A stretch of 63,414 nt of DNA, filler included, from Octopus bimaculoides (GCF_001194135.2; 5 parts of 5 records of this genome joined end to end with filler, not necessarily neighbours in it), one strand, 5' to 3'. Counted from the first letter of the whole stretch, positions 20,881 through 34,699 are shown. The notes: generated from the sequence alone by a model not told the origin. Program-made: numbers and translations.

Positions 20881-23800
20881 TATTTCATCCAGTATCCCTC
20901 TCAAATGCTCACAAACGAAATAGTTCCATCCGTAGTTTTGAAGTGGAAAAGGAAGTTTTGAAGTGCAGAACCTATAACATCCAACCTCTCAGTTGCATTT
21001 GTGTCATTCTATTTTGCCAAATAAAGTACCAACTTCATTTTATTAGTTTGATTTTGTCCTCCCATATGTGGATTTACCTAAAAATTATGATATATTTTAT
21101 CATTAAAATTTGAGAAAACCTCAGGTAATGTGAGAAAAAACATTTTTGATATTTCGAATAAGCACCACCAAATATGCACCATGAAGTAACATACAATTTT
21201 GAAAACGATTTTCAAAAATTTCTATTCCATTTCGAAGACCTGTGTTGTTGACAGTTGTATCCAGTTTGGGATTTTTCCATTAACAGAGTTTGTTTTCTGG
21301 GTTTAGTTCCGAGCAGTGCCTTACAAACTTCATAGTGTTCGCAGAATATCGAGCATGAGTCATGATGCCGGTATTTGGATAGGGAGCGCGAATCATCATG
21401 ATACAGGAAACTTCTTTCCAATATTCAAATGACTTCCAATCCTCCATGTCAGCTAAACTCTTCTCAGCGACAAATCTAATGTTTATGGACTTCAACACTA
21501 TCGACAGTTCACCAATACATCAAGCTGTTCCTGGAAGAAGGAAACATAGTTATCGTCATGTTCTTTCAGTTTCTACTTATTGCGATTTTCTAAATTAGGC
21601 GTAGTTAATGTTTCGTGAAATATCTTATTGCACAGGCAATGTTTCTTTATGTTTTTGCAAGGTTATGCTTTACAACTGTTTTTTTTTTTTTTTCCATTTT
21701 TTCATTTCCATTTTTCTCTACTCAATTTCTCATGAAATCCTCTCTGCAACTGTTTCCTCTCTTACTGCGAATTTGAATTTCCCTGCTTCGGAATATATTT
21801 AAATTTTACAACAGTTTTTCATTGGGTTCACATTTAAAGTATTATGAAAATTCCATGACCCTTAGTGTGACATTGGTGCAGGTAGGATGGACATTTATCT
21901 GCTGCATCATATCTGAAAAAGTTATTCTGAACTTATTTCTGAGTTTTTTCTTCTGTATAGCCACTACATTCAACTTTGTAACGTTGATTGTAATTTGTAT
22001 TGTGTGTAAAATTCAATAATGTTTTTTTATGTTAGCTGAATGGTTGCCCTCAATGTTATCGTTGAGCGCACGATGGTCTCAGATGCATGATTGATGAAAT
22101 CAATAAGAGAATCATACACGTGATTTAATAGTTTGAAAGCATAAATGCATTAATTTATAGTTGTTTCTGCAAACTCGTGTAATAATGATTTACATCAAAT
22201 CTAAGAATTTATAGATTGCCATTTCAAAGAAAGCAAAGACACAGTTTGTGTTGTATAGGTGTTAAACCAAAATGAATGGGCGTTTATGCTATCATATCAC
22301 TTTTGAATGGGCCTATCATTCTAATTGACGAGATCAGGTTTAAGTAAATGTATATATACCTAAATAGGATTGATTTTTTTTCCCCGTCATCGAAATCTAC
22401 AAATTCTGTTCTGTTTTTAGACACAAGGTTTGATCTCTTTCAAAATGTTCAGATTTTATTTATGTATTTTCAAGCATTGATATTATTCGGAATAATTCAG
22501 TGCGTTATCTGTATGTTTACTTATCGGATAACATAAACACTTTAAGTCTTTTTGTGATACAATGATATTCAAATACAAAGATGACTCTGAATATCATTTA
22601 AATAAAATTATGAATGTTTATATATAAGTTTGTCACTGATAAATATTTAATGAGTAATTTCATTCATTTATCTAATTTTAATATATTTTCGTATCTTTAT
22701 CTATAGCATTTTACTTTTTTTCTTATTTTCGATAATTAATTATGCCAGAAGAAATAGTTATTTTAGTTTTACATAAAGCGGAAACTTGGTTTAAATGACA
22801 AATATTTGTCGATATTTGGGAGGCTCCATACTTTTAATGGGCACAATGCCTTTAGAATAATTCTATATATAATTTTGCGAAGAGATTTTTACCGATTTCC
22901 CTAATTAGGAAATTGACGGTATCTTAAGAAACAATATAATGGACTGCACCTTATGAAACATGCTAACACGTAGAAATTAAACTATTTTACATGATTTATT
23001 TCTAATAAAAAAGAATACTATTTTGAAGAAGAATCTTTCAAACTCAATTCGATAACCATCATAGATATATATTGAACTGCGGTCTATTTTGTAATTTTAC
23101 GTCAATACATGTCAAACAAAAACAGCATGTGTATTAAATAATAAAAAAATGACAAATATTTCTTTTAGCTAAAATAGATTTCGTATAACTCTTCCTTCCA
23201 AAAAGTGTTTTTTTTTTCAGACTTATGATTTCATCAATCTTATATAAATTAGTTAACAAATTTTGATGTTATCATCTATGAATAACTAGGAGAATATAAA
23301 AGAAAACATTGTAATATTATGAAATAAATATACATCCTTAGAAAAAATATTATGAAGATGACATATTATATACAAAAAATATCAGTTTATAGTCAGAAAA
23401 AACGCTCTCATTCATAAACTGCTGTACGTGAATTACACAAACGAGCGCGCACACANNNNNNNNNNTGTATATTTATCTCTGTTTATGTGCATGACTATAT
23501 GTATATATATATATGAATAGTATACATGAATAGTATACATGCATTTGTACATGCATACATGTAGATACATATATAAGTACGAAAAATTAGTAAAAAAAGA
23601 ACAATTCAAACTTTTTGAGAGGTCTAAATAGAAAGAAAGAATGGTTTCTAATAAAGATTTATCATATTCATAAATAAACAGCCAGAGCAAGTAATAAGAA
23701 TATGAAAATAGAAGTTGAGAAATATCGTTATATTTATAAATATACCACAAACAATTATATAATAATTGACGCGAAAAGATGTTGCATCAAAATTAGTTTC

Positions 23801-24906
23801 AATAAAAATTTGAATTCATTACATACACGCGTTTCAAAGGGACAATACGAATATGTCAGAAAAATTAGAATCATAGTAATTATAATTAAATTTATGCATT
23901 GTCATTCTCATCAGTGTGAAGAATTTTTGGAAGGACATCAAAAAAGGTTTCATAAAATAAAGTAAAGTAAAATAAAATACAATAACGGAGAATACAATAG
24001 GGGTAATGGGGAAAAATCGGATATTTACAAGCAAGTTGTAAAAGGGAAAAAATAACAGTAATAATATTAGTGAAAGAGACCAAAGAGAAAAAAAAATACA
24101 GACATATCAATGTGTTTGCACGTCTATATCAGCAGTGAACTATAACATAAAAATAAGAATAAAAATCTAACCGATATGTTTCAAAAAATGGTAACAGGTC
24201 GAGACGAAGTAAAATATAAACAGGGCAACATGTGTATAGTAGAATATAACGTAACAGGTGTACTAGCAGAAACAATCATAGAGTTATACATATGCATATT
24301 AGTATTGAAAAACGAAAAAATATATATCACTCGATATATTGAAAAAAGTTGCAATATTTAAGTAAAAATGTGCATACGAGCAGACAGAAAACAATAAAGA
24401 TTAACAAGGAAAAAACATCGGCCAAAGACAAGACCAGCCGTTGTATGCAAGAGAGCTAGCTCACTCAAAATCTAGCCCGGGTAGGGGAGACAATAAGGAA
24501 AAATAGGAACAAAAACGAATATATGAAGGAGAAAATTATTATAAATTTACAAGTGATAGAAAAAACGTATAGACGTAACACATAAGGGTATACATTCATA
24601 CACATATACATACACACATGCACAACACACGTATACACACACAAAATAACGTGCTTACTTTCATATATATACATAGAGGGGTACAAGTCTGAGGGAAAAA
24701 TCAAGAAGTAAAATAAAGAAGCACGTATTCACATAAACGTATATAAGTATATATACATATAGACACACACATACACAGATATATATACATACACACATAC
24801 ATGTCTATATATACCTACACGCATATACATATATGCTAATTATCCATACACAAAACACATACATATACAGACAAAAGAAGTATACACATGCATACATACC
24901 CACATG

Positions 24907-24963
<57 letters not shown>

Positions 24964-25029
24964 GTGCATATATAAGCATACATATACATATATACACATA
25001 AAAAATCGATGACGTCACTGAAATATACC

Positions 25030-25600
25030 AACCTTCTAGAGCCAGGATTATCCTGAAGGACCATAGACCAAATTTTCATTCAGTTCCGAAAGTGCGGCTC
25101 ATTTGTCCTTGTAAGTCAGACATTAGGAAACTTATTCTGGATAAATACCTTAATGCCCTTAAATTTAAAATTAAATTCCACCTATGTTCAAACACATTGG
25201 AAACTATTAAATGGTTTCAATACTTAAGCGTAAAGCATTAGCACAAAACAGTTGCTCCCGTAAAGAAAATGAAATGAAATTTGAGATTTGCGGAGGATCA
25301 AAGTTGGTAACAAAACCAGGACAGTGAAAACAAACGGTAAGGGCTGTTAAGTCATAGCGAGGTGAAGTGGTGAACGCTGGAGAAACAAGCTTTGATAGGA
25401 GACAGAAAAAATGCGTGCTATTCCTGTAGCTGGACGAGAAGAAAGAAAGAAATTCGAGTTGGAAATTCGAGTTACGCAAAACAAATGCTACCACAATTTA
25501 TAATCTTTCCATTCATTCAATGTGCCATTGGAACACCATTAAATAAGGAAGCCTTCTTTATTGAAACATATAAGCCAAAACTTAACCATTGCTAACACTT
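25030..25600 (+). mobile_element. Penelope-like element fragment (second family): start of RT joined to GIY-YIG C-terminus
   Basis: ARIILKDHRPNFHSVPKVRLICPCKSDIRKLILDKY...SNTLETIKWF (25045-25220) and FIIFPFIQC...NKEAFFIETYKPKLNHC* (25497-25595). Confidence 0.7.
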
Positions 25601-26064
25601 TTAAATAAGGAAACCCACCTCACTGACAAACATATAGAGCAAAACCTAACCACTTGTAACATTCTATTCAGTGTAAACCAAATCATGTTAAATTAATCAA
25701 AATCTCTCATCCCCAACATTTTTGATTATCTCCCTTATACCGGAAAAAATCCGTGATTACCTTCCCCTATCTAGAACTCCATATTTTGCACCGTAGCGAA
25801 GACATGTTACGATACAGGTAGAGAAATTTGAAAAGAAAATACGAAACCGGTTATTTCTTCCAAAACCATGTTTCTATACTCAAAATTTTATAATATTTTT
25901 CTAACATAACAATTTAAATATATACTTCAACCATATAACACAAGCCTTCTGTAGTGTTTTCACTCTTGTTGATCTTATATATGTGTGTTTGTGTGTGTGC
26001 GTGTGTGTGTGTGTTTGTGCGTGCGTGTGTGTGTGTCTGTGTGTGTGTGTGTCCGTGTGTCTGT

Positions 26065-26395
26065 GTGCGTGGGAAGAGGTTATTCAGTCATGCGGACCTG
26101 GTCAGCCATCATAGAAATCATAGGAATCGACCCATGGGTCATTGTGGTATTGCTATACACAGCAGAACATGAATACCTGCGGAAAGATGTGCCTTTCACT
26201 TGTAAATGCATGTCAAAAGACTTCATACAGTGGCACCTGTTCCTTCTGCCAGCCACCACAATTGTGCATTAAGCAATAGAATGTGCAAAACTTTTGCCAG
26301 TGTGAAGTGTCATGCAAAGGTCTCACATTGCATTAACAACGACTCAAGGATTCTTTCTACCAATGGCTTTGCTCGTACACGGGAAAACAGCTAAA
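26065..26395 (+). mobile_element. Probable RTE-type LINE 3' end with decayed tandem C2H2-like motifs
   Basis: RLFSHADLVSHHRNH, CGKMCLSL..HVKRLH, NCALSNRMCKTFASVKCH; followed by an (ATGT)n tail. Confidence 0.5.
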
Positions 26396-26467
26396 ATGTA
26401 TGTATGTATGTATGTGTCTGTGTGTGTATGTATGGATGTATGTGTGTGTGTGTGTGTATGTATGTAT

Positions 26468-26593
26468 GGATCAGGTCTCATTAGCCATCAACGGAGCCGA
26501 AAATGCAATATATAAGTTAGTCCTAGAGCGCACAATGTTCCTGAAGGTCAGCAATGGTCTTCCTCGGTCACGAGTGGACGGCCATCATGTATG

Positions 26594-26624
<31 letters not shown>

Positions 26625-26625
26625 G
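26468..26625 (+). mobile_element. RTE-type LINE extreme 3' end with (ATGT)n tail
   Basis: GSGLISHQRSRKC then a short UTR ending GGACGGCCATC and (ATGT)n. Confidence 0.55.
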
Positions 26626-28515
26626 TATGTATGTACACATATGCTTGCTTAACTGTTGCACGCAAGAATTTATTCTGCACAGATCTATACCAAATATGCA
26701 ATTTCTCAAGAAACAATTGTAAAATATTACTTACACACTTCAGTCTCAGGTGTTTCAACAATTTCACTTTTGATTTTCATTGTGTATCTATGCTAAATTA
26801 TGGCTAGGAGCTCTTTTTTCTACCACATTTTAATATCCCTTGGCCAACTAATTTGTATTTTATAAGAGGCAAGTTTACCTTTATCATTAACCAAACTTTT
26901 TTCTTTGTTTGTTATTTAATACCGACCTTATGGCTAAACGATTTATTTTTGCTGATTGACCTTGTTTTCACAGACAATTTTATCCAACGCACTCGTGTCA
27001 GAGTTTATTCAATCAAATTTTTTCACGAAGAATTTGTTTAACTGGGCTAAATTGCATAGTAGGCTGAAAATAATTTTACCCAAAGAATTTAACAGGCAGT
27101 GTTGAATTTCTGTTAAATTAAGCACTATGAAGTTAGGTAATAATGGAAGTACTACACACACACACACACATNNNNNNNNNNNNNNNNNNNNNNNNNNNNN
27201 NNNNNNNNNNNNNNNNNNNNNNNNNNNNNNNNNNNNNNNNNNNNNNNNNNNNNNNNNNNNNNNNNNNNNNNNNNNNNNNNNNNNNNNNNNNNNNNNNNNN
27301 NNNNNNNNNNNNNNNNNNNNNNATATATATATATATATATATATACTTTTAGATGTATATATGTATTTGTGTATATACTCTTAGAGTGTTTGTATAAATG
27401 GTCAGGAAATGTTTAATGTTTGAGAATATTATTCACCCACTGGTATTGGTGAATGAAATATGCATGCACTTTGTGTGATTTTTTTCTTGTTCGCTCAATT
27501 TATATATATGGGTTTCAGAAAGTACCTGTATTTGTAATATATTTAGACATATATGATAGCGATATTGTAGCGAGAGAAATTATAATTTTTGGCAATATGT
27601 TTCCATATAGGTGACGCAACTTAAAGTTAAAGTGTCTGAAAACCTTTCAAACTATCTCTGTACTTTACTACAGCATATATATGTTTACTCACTGATATAT
27701 ACGCTTACACATACCCACGCATATACACATAGATTCATATTCTATACATATACTAGTTATTAATTGATACTTATGTTTAATAGTTTTAGCCGTGATGGAA
27801 TTTAGTTTACACGTTTTATTCTTTTAAATTCATTAGAGAAATTGAATTTCTGGATATTCTCGAAATTAATTTAAATATGAGTGTTACAATAAGAAGTATG
27901 ATTTTAAAATTATTTTTTTTCAAAATGAACTACTCAAATTTAATTAAATAATATATTCTCAATATGAAATCTCGTAAAAAAAAAGCAGTCAATTTAAGAG
28001 ATAATTATTAGGTCTTAAACCTAACATATGCAAATTAATATAGAAAGTAACTTTCTAATATATAAATAATTATTATAAAAATATTTTTTAAATGATTTTA
28101 GGTAATCAAGAACACTGGAAAATATTTTTTATTGACAGAATAATATTCAAAGTATTCCCACCATATGTAATCAATATTTCAACAAATGCGTACAGCATTG
28201 ACTTTTAACTTCAGTTCCCTTGCAACTAACTCGTGAAATAGGCGAGGAAAAAAAAACCGCATTAATAATTCATTGTATGTGGTAAAATGTTTCGAAGATA
28301 ACAAAATATTTTCCAAAAGTACGCTGAAAACAATTTATATTCTTAATCTGTATTTTAGAATGAATTCGAGGAAGAGGATATTATAAATGAAGTGCGTTAA
28401 AGAAAAATTGTGTTAATGGAAATGCAGTGCATGTTTATGCACACACACACACACATATACACACACACAAACACACACACACACACACATACACACATAT
28501 ATATATATGTGTGTA

Positions 28516-28562
<47 letters not shown>

Positions 28563-28568
<6 letters not shown>

Positions 28569-28731
28569 CGCAATGGCCCAGTGATTAGGGCAGCGGACTC
28601 GCGGTTATAGGATCGCAGTTTCGATTCCCAGACCGGGTGTTGTGAGTGTTTATTGAGCGAAAACACCTAAAGCTCCACGAGGCTCCGGCAGGGGGTCGTG
28701 GCGAAACCTGCTGTACTATTTCACCACAACT
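28563..28731 (+). mobile_element. tRNA-derived SINE 5' part, truncated by gap
   Basis: GGCGCAATGGCCCAGTGATTAGGGCAGCGGACTCGCGG...GTTTCGATTCCCAGACC, with A and B boxes. Confidence 0.8.
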
Positions 28732-28775
28732 NNNNNNNNNNNNNNNNNNNNNNNNNNNNNNNNNNNNNNNNNNNN

Positions 28776-28787
28776 TTAATTAATTAA
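28776..28787. other. Assembly join spacer N44-TTAATTAATTAA-N44 (also 43752-43763, 58912-58923, 61525-61536)
   Basis: An identical 12-mer with stops in all six frames, centred in 44-N flanks (100 bp total) at four sites. Confidence 0.95.
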
Positions 28788-29631
28788 NNNNNNNNNNNNN
28801 NNNNNNNNNNNNNNNNNNNNNNNNNNNNNNNATATATATTCACATATACATTTAATGATATATTCGTTTACAATTGTATATCAAAGGTACCTCTAAATCA
28901 CTAGTCCCGTGAATCGGTTCTTGAGCATGTTTGTACATACGTTGTTTATGGTCTAAAGATGATGGCATCAGCGATAAAATTCTTTGATTGACTTAATAAA
29001 ATTGAATCCAAAATAACCAGGTTTCTCTGACGTAAAAGCTACGTAATAGCTTACAAAACTATATACGATATAGACGTTGAGTGTCACATACTCCACAGAA
29101 TGTTGACGTGGTCTCTTATCATTAAAAGCAAACAGCAGCAAAATGAAATGGAACATCTAAAACGAATAGAGAAATGATATAAAAGTCCATAGTAATGGGT
29201 ACTGTTCGTTAATCGAATCTGTTTGTTAACCGAAGATGTGTGTTAATCGAAAATGTTTGTTAATCGAATTAGGGCGAGAACGAAAACTACATAGTCGAAG
29301 GCTTGGTTGTTTTGTAAGAAGCTTGCTGCTCAACAAGGTGGTCTTGGTTTCAATCTGAGTGCGCGGTTATAGCCTCGGGTCCCACAAAGTCCTATAAATG
29401 GATTTCGTATATGGAAACTTATTATAATTTTATAATTTTAAAAATTTATAATTATAATTTTTCAACTTTAATATTTAGATATTTATAAATCATTAACTGT
29501 AAACACAATGATTTACAAACGTTTAATTAGTAAAGTGTAAAATTATCAGAGAAGCTATTTCCATCCATTTTTGCTGTATCAAGGAACCAAGGACTTTTTA
29601 TAAAACTCACACCACACACACACACACACGC

Positions 29632-29664
<33 letters not shown>

Positions 29665-32352
29665 AACATAATTATCTATACATAATGTTATATATAACAA
29701 GATATATTGTGATAGGTTCTGTCTGTCATCACGGCTTGAAAACCGGTGTTAAAAATTTTTTAAATCGCAGTAATTTAGCCGTTTGGTAAATGAGACCGAG
29801 AGTATAACTACGACGTAGAAAAACAAACATTAGGGATGGGGTCGCAGTGTTCCACTTAACCACTGACAATGTGCCCTAACATGGCCCCAGTCGAATGAGA
29901 GAAACATGCAGACAACGAAAGATATTTCGTCCGATCGCACTCGACAACTCAATATGCCAAACCGTCATTTTTAACATAAACTATGCAAGAAATAAGATTT
30001 TAAGGAAGGTAAATTAGATTACATCGACCTACCTCTTTTCACGGATATTTCAACTTACCGGCCCAGGATGGCTGTCAAGTAAAATAACGAAACTTGTCAT
30101 ACATATGATTTAAACGTTACCAGACGTCAACAATCAGAGCTGATCGTAAAAACACACATTCGATTTTCTTTTGTCTGTTTCTAGAACTAGCTTTTTTCTT
30201 ATGACTTCTGTTGTTTCTAAACAATAGAATATGGTGGTAGGAATTTGGAATATAAGCCTGATTGAAATCTTCTTGTTATTTCTGCCACGCAGACTGACTG
30301 ACTAATCTGACGGGTACCTTTGGGCAGGCAACATCTGTTTATTTCGTCAGAATGAAGCACATAAGATATGTGGATGAGAATAATATGTATGTATCGATAT
30401 AAATATACCTATATGTATGTATGTACGAGCGCAACATATGTGAATATCTATGTATAAATGCACACACGCACACACATATATACACACAACTATATATGGT
30501 GTATACCTACGAGTATATAACGACGAATTGCCAGGATATTAAACACGCGCCAAAGGAGAATATAGTTTCAAGTATTCTACATCCGCCAATATAAGTCATT
30601 GATCAGGAATATTGAACATTTAACTTCATGCCATTGCAAAGAATTAGCTCCTCTTAATTTATCGTTTAAGTCATGTGAGAAACCTTCAGTCAATTATTTG
30701 GGAAGAATTTGCCAAATCTAATGACGTCATTAAACGTATTTGTTAATAAGCAGGTAAATATTCTCAAAGAAGGCACACGTTCCAAGTAACTCCGTTATTA
30801 AAGCAATTTGAAACATTTATAGATCGGGAAATTAGTGCCAAAGCGGAAATTATAGAATCATGGGTTCGATATCAGGTCATTTAACTAATATGTATGCAAC
30901 CATTTTTGTATATATANNNNNNNNNNNNTATATATATATATATATATGCGTGTGTGTGTGTTTGTGTGTATTTTTATGTGTATGTATGTATGTAGTGTAT
31001 ATATATTTGTTTACGCATGTACTTAATTTTTAGGTTAATATAGAAAAATGTAATGTGAAATGGTGTACAGTCAGAATGCGTGGTTCATTTACATAATGTC
31101 AAGATATATTTGAAATTTAACTGGTAGGAGGTGACTTACAAGTCTGAGAAATCTAAAACCGAAATTTATGAACAGAGTAATTCTGACAGTTCCTGTAATT
31201 GTTCCAATGATGATGTGACATTCCTTTTTACAATCATATTAGCAATAGAATTCTGGACAGATATACTTAAATACCAAATATTCCTGCTCACTTTAGGTTT
31301 ACTTCTACGAAAACGAGATAATCGTAACTGTGTACTTTCGAACAGAAATAGCGCACAGTTACAGACCAACACGACGTCATACAAACCCCCGTGTGTATAG
31401 ATGCACGTGAAAGCATACGTGTATGGGCATGTGATATATTGAGTCACATATACGTAAATAAATACACACACACACAAAATACACACATGTATATATATAT
31501 ATATATATACATCGGGTGTCTCCACTCCATTTCCTACAGTTTGGNNNNNNNNNNNNNNNNNNNNNNNNNNNNNNNNNNNNNNNNNNNNNNNNNNNNNNNN
31601 NNNNNNNNNNNNNNNNNNNNNNNNNNNNNNNNNNNNNNNNNNNNNNNNNNNNNNNNNNNNNNNNNNNNNNNNNNNNNNNNNNNNNNNNNNNNNNNNNNNN
31701 NNNNNNNNNNNNNNNNNNNNNNNNNNNNNNNNNNNNNNNNNNNNNNNNNNNNNNNNNNNNNNNNNNNNNNNNNNNNNNNNNNNNNNNNNNNNNNNNNNNN
31801 NNNNNNNNNNNNNNNNNNNNNNNNNNNNNNNNNNNNNNNNNNNNNNNNNNNNNNNNNNNNNNNNNNNNNNNNNNNNNNNNNNNNNNNNNNNNNNNNNNNN
31901 NNNNNNNNNNNNNNNNNNNNNNNNNNNNNNNNNNNNNNNNNNNNNNNNNNNNNNNNNNNNNNNNNNNNNNNNNNNNNNNNNNNNNNNNNNNNNNNNNNNN
32001 NNNNNNNNNNNNNNNNNNNNNNNNNNNNNNNNNNNNNNNNNNNNNNNNNNNNNNNNNNNNNNNNNNNNNNNNNNNNNNNNNNNNNNNNNNNNNNNNNNNN
32101 NNNNNNNNNNNNNNNNNNNNNNNNNNNNNNNNNNNNNNNNNNNNNNNNNNNNNNNNNNNNNNNNNNNNNNNNNNNNNNNNNNNNNNNNNNNNNNNNNNNN
32201 NNNNNNNNNNNNNNNNNNNNNNNNNNNNNNNNNNNNNNNNNNNNNNNNNNNNNNNNNNNNNNNNNNNNNNNNNNNNNNNNNNNNNNNNNNNNNNNNNNNN
32301 NNNNNNNNNNNNNNNNNNNNNNNNNNNNNNNNNNNNNNNNNNNNNNNNNNNN

Positions 32353-32393
<41 letters not shown>

Positions 32394-32399
32394 TACATC

Positions 32400-32770
32400 G
32401 GGTGTCTCCACTCCATTTCCTACAGTTTGGATTCTGCTTTAAAGTTTCGACTCCAGTGATAATCCTCTCCAAAAATGCGTCTCTTTATTATTGTTAATGT
32501 CGAGCATATTTTGACAGATCGCTTATGCTTGGCACCCATCATATGGAAACTTTCGAGAAGCGAAGCTAGTCGTGGATGATTTTTGTATGCACAACCGTGA
32601 GTGATTTGCAAAGAACATGTCATGTCATCAATCGTCACTCAGCAGTTTGCCCGAACCATCTGTCAAACACGTTGAATAATCACACTCAGGGGTGAAGGTT
32701 GATGGGTGTCATGTTCCCCCTTCGTGCTTCAAGCTTTTTCGGACACTTTTAAACACATTGATCTACCAGT
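32400..32770 (-). pseudogene. mariner transposase relic (N-terminal to first catalytic region)
   Basis: VFKSVRKSLKHE...HPSTFT, IQRV*QMVRANC*VTIDDMTCSLQITHGCAY..IHD*LRFSKVSI*WVP. Confidence 0.75.
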
Positions 32771-32789
32771 AATATGTGCACCAAAGATG

Positions 32790-32970
32790 AATTCGGTTGA
32801 GTATTTCAAGTATCTTGGTAGTTGTTAAGTCAGAAAGGCATAAAACTGCACAGCGTGTCACGAACTCAGGTAAACATGAAAGTGAAGACTTCCAGGGGAG
32901 CGAAAATGAAACTGTTCCTTGCCATTGTTGACTCGGTGCTCCTGTATGACAGAAATATATGGAAACTTAA
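32790..32970 (+). mobile_element. RTE-clade LINE RT fragment
   Basis: VEYFKYLGS and KMKLFLAIVDSVLLYD..W (RT domain 7 and thumb). Confidence 0.6.
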
Positions 32971-33061
32971 ATGACGTATAAAATAAAAGAACGCGCAAAA
33001 TATAACGACTCACATATATTATTAGCATTGAACTGTTTATTATTCAGCCTTCTTAATATAT

Positions 33062-33125
<64 letters not shown>

Positions 33126-33579
33126 CTTGCTGGAAGATGCATTTTTGATGTATTTTGAGAAATGATGATTATATTCACGCCCCAGGTGATACCNNNNNNN
33201 NNNNNNNNNNNNNNNNNNNNNNNNNNNNNNNNNNNNNNNNNNNNNNNNNNNNNNNNNNNNNNNNNNNNNNNNNNNNNNNNNNNNNNNNNNNNNNNNNNNN
33301 NNNNNNNNNNNNNNNNNNNNNNNNNNNNNNNNNNNNNNNNNNNNNNNNNNNNNNNNNNNNNNNNNNNNNNNNNNNNNNNNNNNNNNNNNNNNNNNNNNNN
33401 NNNNNNNNNNNNNNNNNNNNNNNNNNNNNNNNNNNNNNNNNNNNNNNNNNNNNNNNNNNNNNNNNNNNNNNNNNNNNNNNNNNNNNNNNNNNNNNNNNNN
33501 NNNNNNNNNNNNNNNNNNNNNNNNNNNNNNNNNNNNNNNNNNNNNNNNNNNNNNNNNNNNNNNNNNNNNNNNNNNNNNN

Positions 33580-33614
<35 letters not shown>

Positions 33615-34043
33615 GTATGTATATATATATGGGGAGGGAGAAACAGAAAGAGAACGAGAGGCAGAGAGAATGATTAAGGGAGGAGAGGCAGTGAAACAGT
33701 TTTGAAGTTCTGTCTCATATTTTCTGGATGACTTGACAAAGCTTCGGGCAGCAAATTCGCTGTTGCAGCAACATATTTTTCGTCCAGCTACGGAAAACTT
33801 ATGTGTTTTCTTTTTTTAATTTTTATATAGACATTGCTGGAAATTTTGTTTTTTCATTCCTTTAAATCTCCAGATATTAAATTACATAGCACCGAACCAT
33901 GATGAATGTGAAATTAAAAAAAAAAAATCTTCTTCTATATTCTATTAGCACGATGAAGGATTCCTGGCTAAGAATATTTAAAACTGTATCTTAATTCACA
34001 CAGTAGTCATAGTTAAAATAAACCCTCACCTTGTTTGACTTAC

Positions 34044-34083
34044 TTCTTTGTTTCACGTGTTGCATCTTTGTTCTGCACTTCAA
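34044..34083 (-). other. Candidate 40-nt (or 54-nt with the alternative donor) exon of an unidentified gene
   Basis: Minus strand: pyrimidine tract tttcatatttctg...ccAG, then two tandem strong donors AA|GTAAGT and AAG|GTGAGG. Peptides EVQNKDATRETK or LKCRTKMQHVKQRSKSNK. Confidence 0.2.
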
Positions 34084-34699
34084 CTGGATTGTGTTTGCAG
34101 AAATATGAAATAATAGAAGTTAATAAACCTCCCCATAAACAAATAACAATCAATATTTATTATATAATTATTAGCTAAATATTGAAACGACTTCATAAAT
34201 CGTATAACTCCATAACTCACTAATTTTGCTGACACAGCAGCTAAAATCATTGATACTGAAATACGAGCCTCTACATGAGTTTTATGTAATCATAAATGAA
34301 AACAATAAACAGGCAATTTTACTAAAAGCTAACAAATAATCCAAAAAACCTAATATGTACTAATATTATTAATAAATAACAAGTTAATAACTCCCATACC
34401 GTATGATCCGTCTCTATAAACTAACAACAACAAACAATAATAAAAGCAAATAATCTGTATTTTTCGGCATAGAAACCAACGTAGGATATATTATAAATAT
34501 GTGGTGTAAATATTCCAACATCGCCACTATCTTTATAAGTCTGTTGCCTTGGTGGTGTGCCTGTGAGGTTGTGTGTGAACGACATAACAACAACTTTCAA
34601 ACATTTTGATACTTAAATACTTAGATAAATTTCGGCCTGTATTGGCCTAGGCCGTGTCGAACTTAATAGCACGACCTGAAGAAAGAAAACATTCATTTA

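Larger units (their letters stand above)
18584..21244 (+). mobile_element. Near full-length Chapaev-like (CMC superfamily) DNA transposon, decayed, with nested SINE
   Basis: Termini CACAGGTCTGCGA (18584) and TCGAAGACCTGTG (ending 21244) match as inverted repeats at 12 of 13 nt; flanks are TTA and TTG. Internal transposase motifs are described in the next transposase feature. Confidence 0.75.

Noticed and set aside
21280-22060. Coding-like minus-strand stretch next to the Chapaev-like element (IRFVAEKSLADMEDWKSFEYWKEV)
   Set aside because: No motif could be assigned; it may be another decayed TE but is unsupported.
28563-28640. tRNA gene
   Set aside because: The A and B boxes continue into a SINE body and no acceptor stem closes; SINE head, not a tRNA.
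31493-32430. Direct repeat ...ATACATCGGGTGTCTCCACTCCATTTCCTACAGTTTGG on both sides of a gap (similar cases at 54805-54885 and 62020-62420)
   Set aside because: Duplicated contig ends across gaps, most likely overlap artefacts.
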